Virus record (IMG/VR): IMGVR_UViG_3300012347_000095 | Coordinates: 1-32,702 of that record | Origin: a virus | Taxonomy: Duplodnaviria; Caudoviricetes | Reading direction: 5' to 3' (one strand) | Length of the DNA: 32,702 nucleotides | Shown: piece after piece, positions 7,638 through 15,532 of the stretch | Numbering within the stretch: the first letter of the stretch is position 1 | How the letters are laid out: the number at the start of each line of letters is the position of its first letter | The notes under the pieces: generated by a model | Databases searched by the model: none | Told to the model about the DNA's origin: nothing | The model's input: the letters and a program-made list of their open reading frames with translations, nothing else | Position numbers and translations under genes: made by a program

Positions 7638-8242
7638 TGGCGCAGATTCAATCGGTCAGTCATGACCAAGACTACATCATCAAGTCGATCATGGAGCTGT
7701 GCGACCTTGATTGCTTTGGCGCCGACATCACTTACGGTAATGGCGGGTTCTGGAAAAACCTGCCACAGCCAGCACTCAAGTTCGACTTGGACCCACAGAC
7801 ATTTGATACGCACCTTGCAACCAGTGTCGACCTACCACTGAAAAACAACACGCTTGGCTCAGTGATGTTTGACCCGCCGTTCTTGACGTACATCAAGCAA
7901 GGCCGTGAGCACAACTCAGTGATGGGTAAGCGCTTCAGCGGGTACTGGCGTTACGACGAACTCGAAGAGCACTACCGTGGCACGATTAAAGAAGCGCACC
8001 GCGTACTGTGGAGCAAGGGCATCTTCGTGATCAAGTGTCAAGACATCATCCGCAACCACAAGATGCACTGCACCCACATCAACGTGGTGAACTGGGCTGC
8101 TGGAATGTTTCGCTTGAAGGACTTGTTTGTTCTTGCTGCAAAGCACCGCATGCCGATACCACCAACCGCTGGTCACAAGGCCAAGGTGCAACGGCATGCA
8201 CGCATTCATCACTCATATTTTTTGGTGCTTGAAAAATGCTAG
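7637..8242 (+). CDS. amino (N6-A/N4-C) DNA methyltransferase-like protein
   Basis: DITYGNGGFW SAM-binding motif; catalytic DPPF; EAHRVL..G..VIKCQD. Confidence 0.75.
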   Translation: MAQIQSVSHDQDYIIKSIMELCDLDCFGADITYGNGGFWKNLPQPALKFDLDPQTFDTHLATSVDLPLKNNTLGSVMFDPPFLTYIKQGREHNSVMGKRFSGYWRYDELEEHYRGTIKEAHRVLWSKGIFVIKCQDIIRNHKMHCTHINVVNWAAGMFRLKDLFVLAAKHRMPIPPTAGHKAKVQRHARIHHSYFLVLEKC

Positions 8243-9837
8243 TCCCACGCCCATACCAATCACGGGTGGTCGAGGATCTGTGGTCGTTCTTTCACAAGCA
8301 CCCAGAGGGCAACCCGATTGTCGAAGCCTGCGTAGGTGCGGGCAAGTCGATGATGATTGCCATGATCGCGCAGCGCGCCATGACCGAGTACGCGGGCACG
8401 CGCATCTTGGTGATCGTGCCAAGCAAAGAGCTGCTCGTTCAAAACGTGGAGGAGCTGTACTCGGTGTGGCCAGAGGCGCGCGCTGGGGTTTACTCTGCGG
8501 CCGTGAAAAGCAAGCAGCTTGGCTACGACCTGACCTACGCCACGATCGGATCGATCTACAAGCAGGCCCACGTGATGGGTCGTATCGACCTCATCTTGGC
8601 AGACGAGTGCCATGGCATCAACCCCAAAGACACGGGCATGTGGCGCGGCCTCATCAATGACCTGCGCAAGTACGGCAGCCCAGCCCGCGTGGTGGGCCTG
8701 ACTGGCACGCCATTCCGTGGCAACGGCGCATGGCTCACCTGCGGCGAAGACCCACTGTTCACCAACGTCTGCACTCGCGTGACCATACGTGAGCTGTTGG
8801 ACCTTGGGTTCTTGTCACCGCTTACCACCATCGAGACCAAGACCCACATCGATGTGAGCGAGGCGCGCACCGTGGCGGGCGACTACAACCTCCAAGACCT
8901 GGCCAAACTCACTGACAAGGATGAGTTGGTGCAGGCAGCGGCCGACGAGATCGTGGTCATGGGTGCGCCGCGTAAGAAGTGGTTGGTCTTTGCAGTCAAC
9001 GTGGCCCACGCAGAGCACGTTTGCGCGGCCTTAATTGATCGCGGAATACCAACGGCAGTGGTGACAGGAGACACGCCTTCTGCGCAGCGTGACGGGGCCA
9101 TAGCGGCATATCGTCGCGGCGAGTTACGCTGCTTGGTGAACGTGTCAGTTTTGACAACTGGTTTCAACGTGCGCGACATTGACTTCTTGGTCTTGCTGCG
9201 CGCCACCAAATCGCCTGTGCTCTACGTTCAGATCTTGGGTCGTGCCTTGCGCACAGCTGACGGAAAGACCGACGCCCTGATCGCCGACTTCACCGACACC
9301 ATCGCCACCCTTGGCCCAGTCGATGAGATCAAGGGGCGCGTGCCAAGCGGTGGTAAGAAGGGCGTGGCTCCCACCAAGATCTGCCCCAACTGCGGCAACC
9401 CAAGCCCAGCCAGCGCACCAGAATGCTTGGAGTGTGGCCACATCTTCCCGCCGCCAGAGCGCATCACCCATGGTACTGAGGCCAGTGCGGCGGCCGTGCT
9501 CAGCACGCAGAAGGAGACCATGTTCAAGGTCGTGCCTGTGGACCGCGTCGCCTACAAGCTGCATAAAAAAGAGGACAAGCCAGACAGCTTGCGCGTCGAG
9601 TATTACAGCGGCGTCATGCGAGTTGCCAGCGAGTGGGTGTGCCTATCCCACCAAGGCTTCCCACGTAAGAAGGCTGAGTCATGGTGGCGTCAGCGCGCAA
9701 CCATCGATGCGATCCCGCCAAGCACTGGTGATGCCATTGAATGGCTCAATTACAGCGAGGCAATTCTGCGAAAGCCCACGGAGCTGACCGTGAGCAAAGA
9801 GAAGTACCCATCAATTCTTTCTTACAACTGGAGTTAA
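8236..9837 (+). CDS. SF2 helicase with Zn ribbon (RadD/YejH-like)
   Basis: RPYQ, GAGKS, DECH, TGT, LTTGFN, QILGRALR motifs; CPNC...CLEC. Confidence 0.9.
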   Translation: MLVPRPYQSRVVEDLWSFFHKHPEGNPIVEACVGAGKSMMIAMIAQRAMTEYAGTRILVIVPSKELLVQNVEELYSVWPEARAGVYSAAVKSKQLGYDLTYATIGSIYKQAHVMGRIDLILADECHGINPKDTGMWRGLINDLRKYGSPARVVGLTGTPFRGNGAWLTCGEDPLFTNVCTRVTIRELLDLGFLSPLTTIETKTHIDVSEARTVAGDYNLQDLAKLTDKDELVQAAADEIVVMGAPRKKWLVFAVNVAHAEHVCAALIDRGIPTAVVTGDTPSAQRDGAIAAYRRGELRCLVNVSVLTTGFNVRDIDFLVLLRATKSPVLYVQILGRALRTADGKTDALIADFTDTIATLGPVDEIKGRVPSGGKKGVAPTKICPNCGNPSPASAPECLECGHIFPPPERITHGTEASAAAVLSTQKETMFKVVPVDRVAYKLHKKEDKPDSLRVEYYSGVMRVASEWVCLSHQGFPRKKAESWWRQRATIDAIPPSTGDAIEWLNYSEAILRKPTELTVSKEKYPSILSYNWS

Positions 9838-9839
9838 AA

Positions 9840-10037
9840 ATGGAAGATCAAAAAGTAATTGAAAGCCTACGTAACCAATTGCGCGAGGCAACAAAGCGAG
9901 TACCAGCTCGAATAAATAGCGCATCAGTGCAGGCGGTTCGAGACTACAAAGACGCGTACAAAAAAGCCGTCAAGCTAATCGATAAGAAAGGCGCTAAAGA
10001 GACTGAGCTTCGATCAGCCTTAGTGGCAGTGCAATGA
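9840..10037 (+). CDS. hypothetical protein
   Basis: 65 aa from ATG 9840; GGAG SD. Confidence 0.75.
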   Translation: MEDQKVIESLRNQLREATKRVPARINSASVQAVRDYKDAYKKAVKLIDKKGAKETELRSALVAVQ

Positions 10038-10234
10038 AACCAGCAGAGATACAAGTCAAGATCAATGTCGCTCGTCGTGAGATGGAGTTTTGGCAGAACT
10101 TGCTACAAAGAAAGTCGTGCAAGGACTGCGAGAATTTTCAGCAAGGTCAGTGCACACAGTTCAACGCAACCCCACCACCCGAAGTGCAGCAAGTTGGCTG
10201 CGATGAGTGGAATTGGGATTCCATACCTTTTTAA
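10034..10234 (+). CDS. small 4-Cys protein
   Basis: CKDC...C...C; C-terminal DSIPF; ATGA-coupled. Confidence 0.8.
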   Translation: MKPAEIQVKINVARREMEFWQNLLQRKSCKDCENFQQGQCTQFNATPPPEVQQVGCDEWNWDSIPF

Positions 10235-10249
10235 CCACGGAGAAAACAA

Positions 10250-10588
10250 ATGTCATTGACAGACACAAGACGATACCCACTCAAGTCGTGCTCTTATCCA
10301 GCATGCAATTGCTCACATTCCGAATGCAAGTTTGAGAATCAGCAGCAACTAGAGGCCGCAAAGATACAACGCGAGGGTGATCAAGAATTACCCACGCCAA
10401 ACAACAAGCCAGCGATCCAAGACCTCGTCATGCAGGACATGCTCGCTCGCAAGCTGCTCGGCCAACAACGCTACGGCACGCCGCTTCAAGCACATAACGG
10501 ACGTGATATGATGCAAGACCTTTACGAAGAACTCTTAGATGCATGCAACTACATTCGCGGCATGATCTACGAGCGTGACGGTAAGTAA
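10250..10588 (+). CDS. protein with an all-alpha NTP-pyrophosphohydrolase-like C-terminal domain
   Basis: R..LG..RYGTPL...GRD...DLYEELLD..NY; Cys-rich N-terminus; GGAG SD. Confidence 0.55.
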   Translation: MSLTDTRRYPLKSCSYPACNCSHSECKFENQQQLEAAKIQREGDQELPTPNNKPAIQDLVMQDMLARKLLGQQRYGTPLQAHNGRDMMQDLYEELLDACNYIRGMIYERDGK

Positions 10589-10612
10589 TTTTTAACCAAC
10601 TGGAGAACGAAG

Positions 10613-11122
10613 ATGCAACGCTATATCGGCACAAAGATCATCAACGCTGAGCCAATGAACCGACAGAAGTACAACGACTTCCGTGGCTGGACATTGCCAG
10701 AAGATGAGGACGGAATGGACGAGGGTTACCTTGTCGAATACCTTGACGGCGGCAAGCCCAACACAGACAAGTTCGAGGGCTACGTTAGCTGGTCACCGAA
10801 AGAGCAATTCGAAAAAGCTTATCGTCAATCAGACAACCTGTCGTTTGGTTTGGCGCTCGAGGCTTTGAAGGATGGCAAGCGCATCGCTCGCGCTGGCTGG
10901 AACGGCAAGGACATGTGGCTGTCACTGAGCTGCGGTGAGACTCGTGAAGTTTCTTCGTCTGGCTTCTGGTCACAAAACAATCGTGAGTACGCTGACTCTT
11001 TGGGCGGTGCTGCTACTGTGTTGCCATGCATCACCATGAAGGTTGCCACTGGTGAGATCTTGATGGGTTGGCTCGCATCGCAAAGCGACATGCTCGGCGA
11101 AGACTGGGTGATCCTCGAATGA
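10613..11122 (+). CDS. two-domain protein with C-terminal DUF2829 (Tad2-like)
   Basis: FG.ALEALK.G.RIAR.GWNGK.MW...GWLASQ.DML.EDW; N-terminal YIGTK...GYLVEY...SWSPK domain. Confidence 0.8.
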   Translation: MQRYIGTKIINAEPMNRQKYNDFRGWTLPEDEDGMDEGYLVEYLDGGKPNTDKFEGYVSWSPKEQFEKAYRQSDNLSFGLALEALKDGKRIARAGWNGKDMWLSLSCGETREVSSSGFWSQNNREYADSLGGAATVLPCITMKVATGEILMGWLASQSDMLGEDWVILE

Positions 11123-11442
11123 GTAACGCACACGCAGTGTTCAACGTAGGTGCTGCCCTACAAATCTTGAAAGAGCAGATCGATCCAAGCAAGTGGGGCG
11201 AGACGCCTCTGCCAATCATTGCTGCGCCGCACTGGTGGTTGGAAGAGTTGCGCATTGAACTGGGTGCTGACGAGGGCATGGAGCCTGACACGATTCACAA
11301 CTGCACCGTGGTTCGACGCGATGAGTTGGAAGAGCCAATGCTCGTTGATCATGACGGCAAGATGTACCCAGTCCTGCCAAAGTGGCAGCGTAAACAACAA
11401 ACAGAAGGGGACTCAAATGAGCAAAGCAATAGTGACGCTTGA
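11119..11442 (+). CDS. hypothetical protein
   Basis: 107 aa from ATG 11119; ATGA-coupled. Confidence 0.75.
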   Translation: MSNAHAVFNVGAALQILKEQIDPSKWGETPLPIIAAPHWWLEELRIELGADEGMEPDTIHNCTVVRRDELEEPMLVDHDGKMYPVLPKWQRKQQTEGDSNEQSNSDA

Positions 11443-11605
11443 AGATCAAGAGGACGGCACAGTCGCCGTCGCAATAGAGTTTGGTGAAGGTGGTGGAGAT
11501 CCAACTAGCGGCGCCCACAACATGGCCGTGACAATGGTCAACATCACCGCATCAGCAATGGGTCAAATGGTTAATGAACAAGGAGAGATGAACAATGGAA
11601 AATAA
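11417..11605 (+). CDS. hypothetical protein
   Basis: 62 aa from ATG 11417 (MSKAIVTLED); AAGGGG SD. Confidence 0.7.
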   Translation: MSKAIVTLEDQEDGTVAVAIEFGEGGGDPTSGAHNMAVTMVNITASAMGQMVNEQGEMNNGK

Positions 11606-12044
11606 TTTTTACCGCACAGCGGATTGGTTGACAGCCTGCGGCAAAGTGCCGTCGGTCGAAACTGCATCATTGCAAATCGGTTGCGACATCGAAGAGCAGG
11701 TCGAGTTCCTCGAGTGCTTGATGCTTGGCCATGACGGCAATCAAACGCTTTTGAATGAAGCCATTCGTGGCTTGAAGCGCGTGGCCACAGCACTGAAGAC
11801 TGGCGCAGACACTGCAACAGTTGGCGAAGGTGATCGCGTGAATGCACTCGATGCATTGTGCGATCGTGAAGTGACAGGCAACGGCGTGGCCCACCTGCTT
11901 GGCTTCAACAAACCCATGGCCGACCAAGCTGTGTTGGACTCCAACGAAGCGAAGCTCGTTGACGGTGAGCCGATCATCCTCGAGGGCGGCAAGATCGGTA
12001 AGCCTGAAGGCTGGACCGCACCTGACTTGTCGGACTTCGTATGA
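11595..12044 (+). CDS. MazG/PRA-PH-like NTP pyrophosphohydrolase
   Basis: EE..E, LDALCD..V...G, SN..K, GKI.KP.GW..PDL motifs. Confidence 0.8.
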   Translation: MENNFYRTADWLTACGKVPSVETASLQIGCDIEEQVEFLECLMLGHDGNQTLLNEAIRGLKRVATALKTGADTATVGEGDRVNALDALCDREVTGNGVAHLLGFNKPMADQAVLDSNEAKLVDGEPIILEGGKIGKPEGWTAPDLSDFV

Positions 12045-12277
12045 GTGGCGACGCCAAGTTCATGCTGACGAAGTGGGGCGTTGGCCTCTACGTTGTTTTC
12101 GTCATGTTCTTTGGCGGTGTCGGTGTGTTGTGGTCCATGTTTGATTGGACCTGCGGCACATCGATTCAACCTTGGTATCACGTCCTATGTTTCATTGTCA
12201 GCTTCTGCACGATGCTGGCCTATGAGTATTGGGCAGTGCGCCTACTTGATTGGATAGCAGACAAGCTAGACATCTAA
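12041..12277 (+). CDS. small membrane protein (2 TM)
   Basis: Two hydrophobic stretches; ATGA-coupled; last gene of the + arm. Confidence 0.7.
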   Translation: MSGDAKFMLTKWGVGLYVVFVMFFGGVGVLWSMFDWTCGTSIQPWYHVLCFIVSFCTMLAYEYWAVRLLDWIADKLDI

Positions 12278-12305
12278 AAAAAGGGAGCCTCGGCTCCCTT
12301 TCTTA
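12276..12305. terminator. bidirectional intrinsic terminator
   Basis: AAAGGGAGC-CTCG-GCTCCCTTT stem; A7 on the left gives the - strand U-tract, TTTCTT on the right; sits between convergent arms. Confidence 0.9.
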
Positions 12306-15035
12306 TTCGTCTATCGGGTTGCCCTCGATGTCGAGACCCTCTTTCAATCGTTGGATCTTTAGCTTTTGGAAGTCGCGTTCTTTGGCTGCGTTCTCAGGTG
12401 TGATTGCACCCTTGTTCTCCAGCCTATTGACTCGCTTGACCTCAGCCTCCAAACCTTGTATCAGCTTGCGACGATCAGCTGCCTCAAACTTCTCAGACAA
12501 GTCGAGGTCGACTGGCCTGATCTTGATGCCCACCGTTTGCGCAATAGCGTACTTGGCCTGCACTGGTAGGCCGTCCTTGCCCACGCCTGTGTAGCCAAGC
12601 ACTGGTTCGCCAACTTGATTTGCGATCACGTTGAGGGCGCGATCCCAATGGTAGTTGCCGACGGCCACCGCAGGGGTGAACTGTTGCCACATCCACTTGC
12701 CACGCTTAGCTGCGGCCTCGGCGCTGGTATCGTTCTTTTCAACGATCTCTTTGCCGTAGAAGGGGTCTTTGTTCCACAGCATGGCGCCGACCACGTTGAG
12801 GATGGGGCTGCTGGGGGTGAGGGGCTGCAGCAATGGAATGCCGCCAGCGTTGGAGTGAGCGTCGAGCAGGTCGCCGCCAGGGAACACTCGGCTCACGTCC
12901 AAGAACAACGGCAGGTTGGTCACGTCATCCATACCCATGCGGATCGCCTTGGGTGTGCCCAACGTGGCGCTTGCACCCTTCATCCATGGCGGCAGGTTCT
13001 TACGTTGGTCTTTCTCCAACTCGCGCGCACGCTCACGGAACTCAGGGTCCGTTACGTAACGTCGCACAACTTCCCACCAATCCTCATCCTCGCCACCACC
13101 AAGGCTTGCGGCCATGGCGTACATCATCGCGTTGACGGTGTACAGCGCAGCGGCTGGGGCAGCATAGCGCCATGGCTGCTCGAGCGCAGTTTGGGCTAGG
13201 GTTGGGACCACCTTGTAGGTGTAGCTGAAGAACGGCAGCGCATAGTCGCGCAGCTTGCGCGCACCGCTTGGCAAGTCGTCGTAGGTGAAGATGTACTTCT
13301 GCGCATAGTCAACCGCATCATCAGGGCCTAGGCCGCGCTGACGAGCCTCACGGTATATCAGGTATCGGAAGAACAAATCTTCGGCCTCGTAGGCTTTTCC
13401 TGCAGGTTTGCGCAGCCAAAACGACAGAGCATTCCACACAGCATCCACACCTTGGGCAGCCTTGGACTCACTGGCTGTGGCCAACACCTTGAGTTGCTCG
13501 GGCATGTCGTTAAGCAAGTCGGCGCGATTGAACGTGCCGCCAAACAAGCCAACGCCCTTGGCCTCCTCGATCATGGGGTGACCCTTGACCAAGTCACGGA
13601 TCGTGCCGATGTACTTGTGCGCATCCCAATAGGAGATGCCAGCGAAGTGTGCCATGGTCAAGTTGGACAACACGTTGTTGGCGTGCGAGACTGGGTTGAG
13701 AACTGTCTTGCCCTCTTTCCACATGCTCAAACCCTTGAGGTAGATCTTCATCAGATCGCTCTGCATGGATGAGTCAAATGCCACGAGGTGGTCCATCACT
13801 TCGGCGGGCACCCACTTGTTGGCCAGCTTGCCATAGGTCTTAGCCTTGGTTCCTTCGACCGTACTGTTGGGCACCTGCACGTAGCCCTCTTGCTCGCGCT
13901 TGACAGCCACGGTGTTGGCCAGGTTCTCATACAGTCGACCAAGTGCGATGTCGCGTTGGCTCTTGTTGTAGCCCATCACGAAGCGGAACATGGCATCACG
14001 GATCTCGCCCATGTCGTCACGCTCATCGCGGGTGTAGTCACGCCACATGGTGATCTCGGTGTCGTTCTGCGCATCGAAGTCATCGTCGCGAACTTCCCAC
14101 CCTTGGTCAATCCAATCCTGCTTGTCAGCGACAGGCACGTTCTTGAAAATGCCACGAGCCTTGAGGCTGGAGCCGCCGATACCTTGCATGGTTTTCTTGC
14201 GGCCAAGCAATCCTTTGACGGCTTTCATCCACGCCTTGGTTTCGTCCTTGAGCTTTGACTCATAGAAGCGTGGTAGGTACTTGCCGTCCCATCGACCAGC
14301 GGCGTCTTCGCTCAACATTCCCAAGCGGACAAGCTCAGCCGACTGCTCGGACATGATCGACTTCATGGATGCGGCCAACTCGAGGATGTGCTTAGGCGGC
14401 TTTGATCCGCGCTTGAGTTCGCCCTCGATCACGTCGCTGATCATTTGACGTTCTTGGTCTGACAGATCTTTCATCTTGCCAGCCACCTCGACGGTGAGGT
14501 TTTGCGCGCGCTCGATCTCCACCTTCATCTTGCGCAGTGCGCGAGATAGGTCTTGGCTGATGGGCTTGAGTTTGATTTTCTCCAACACCACGTTGGCCAC
14601 ATCGGACACAGCACGATACGCTTTGGCGCCAGCACCGAAACGAAAGTTGCCCAACTCGTCACGCGCCAACAGCCACCCATTGGTGGCCTTGCTCACGGTC
14701 TTTGTTGGTACTGATGCCGCACCCTTACGCTTGGCCAACATCATGTCGGCTGGGTGTTCGTAGCGCCAATCAGCAGCAGCCTCGACGAAGCCGTTGTAGT
14801 CGTTGTCCACAAACTCGTCGATGGTTTTGTAGCCAGCCGCCTCGGCGCGCTGCTGCAAGTATTCTTGTTGAGCCTTGGCATCTTCAGACAAGTCAAGCGT
14901 GCGATTGCTCATCTGAATGTCGACCTTGCCGACGATAGAGTCGACACCATTCAACACGAGGAAAGCCTTCATCTCGGCCATGCCGACGATGGTCTGCTCC
15001 CCGTCCTTGGTGTTGAACTTGTAGGTGCAGCTCAT
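12303..15035 (-). CDS. large putative internal virion/ejected protein
   Basis: 910 aa, mostly helical; last gene of the structural arm; no catalytic motif recognised. Confidence 0.75.
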   Translation of the reverse strand: MSCTYKFNTKDGEQTIVGMAEMKAFLVLNGVDSIVGKVDIQMSNRTLDLSEDAKAQQEYLQQRAEAAGYKTIDEFVDNDYNGFVEAAADWRYEHPADMMLAKRKGAASVPTKTVSKATNGWLLARDELGNFRFGAGAKAYRAVSDVANVVLEKIKLKPISQDLSRALRKMKVEIERAQNLTVEVAGKMKDLSDQERQMISDVIEGELKRGSKPPKHILELAASMKSIMSEQSAELVRLGMLSEDAAGRWDGKYLPRFYESKLKDETKAWMKAVKGLLGRKKTMQGIGGSSLKARGIFKNVPVADKQDWIDQGWEVRDDDFDAQNDTEITMWRDYTRDERDDMGEIRDAMFRFVMGYNKSQRDIALGRLYENLANTVAVKREQEGYVQVPNSTVEGTKAKTYGKLANKWVPAEVMDHLVAFDSSMQSDLMKIYLKGLSMWKEGKTVLNPVSHANNVLSNLTMAHFAGISYWDAHKYIGTIRDLVKGHPMIEEAKGVGLFGGTFNRADLLNDMPEQLKVLATASESKAAQGVDAVWNALSFWLRKPAGKAYEAEDLFFRYLIYREARQRGLGPDDAVDYAQKYIFTYDDLPSGARKLRDYALPFFSYTYKVVPTLAQTALEQPWRYAAPAAALYTVNAMMYAMAASLGGGEDEDWWEVVRRYVTDPEFRERARELEKDQRKNLPPWMKGASATLGTPKAIRMGMDDVTNLPLFLDVSRVFPGGDLLDAHSNAGGIPLLQPLTPSSPILNVVGAMLWNKDPFYGKEIVEKNDTSAEAAAKRGKWMWQQFTPAVAVGNYHWDRALNVIANQVGEPVLGYTGVGKDGLPVQAKYAIAQTVGIKIRPVDLDLSEKFEAADRRKLIQGLEAEVKRVNRLENKGAITPENAAKERDFQKLKIQRLKEGLDIEGNPIDE

Positions 15036-15523
15036 TAGGCGCCCAATTCTTGGTCAATGATGATGAGGCCGCACTTGTCGTCGCCAATCAACTCGAGGCG
15101 TGCGAGCAAATCGCCGTACTCACCAACGCTCTTGCGTTGGGTCTCGAGGAATTGGAGAAGGAATTGTTTTGTGATCGCGCACTTGCACTCGTCGTACCAA
15201 GTGGAGTAGTTCTCCATCAGCTCGACCTCAGTGTCGAACGCAACTTCAATAGCGTCCATCAAACCAGATGGTTTGTCGCGCATAGCTTCGATCATTGGGA
15301 TGTTTGCAACAGAGCCACGATCGTTCATGTAGTCGGCCAGCTTCTGATAGTGAGTCAGCTCATCAGCACTCTCGCCAGCAAAGAACTTTTGCGCACCGAA
15401 GAAACCCATGCGCTGCATGTGATTCGATAGGTGCTTGTATAGGTTGGATGCGAACAGCTCCGCATGCACAGCCTTGTCCAAAATAGTTTGAGTCTCTGGC
15501 TTGAGAAAGTTACGGGTTGCCAT
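15035..15523 (-). CDS. ferritin (non-haem ferritin-like)
   Basis: E..AS..Y, GAQKFF...S.DE..H..KL.DY..DRG, then E and Q ferroxidase-type residues; AAGGA SD. Confidence 0.85.
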   Translation of the reverse strand: MATRNFLKPETQTILDKAVHAELFASNLYKHLSNHMQRMGFFGAQKFFAGESADELTHYQKLADYMNDRGSVANIPMIEAMRDKPSGLMDAIEVAFDTEVELMENYSTWYDECKCAITKQFLLQFLETQRKSVGEYGDLLARLELIGDDKCGLIIIDQELGA

Positions 15524-15532
15524 TTTGATTCC

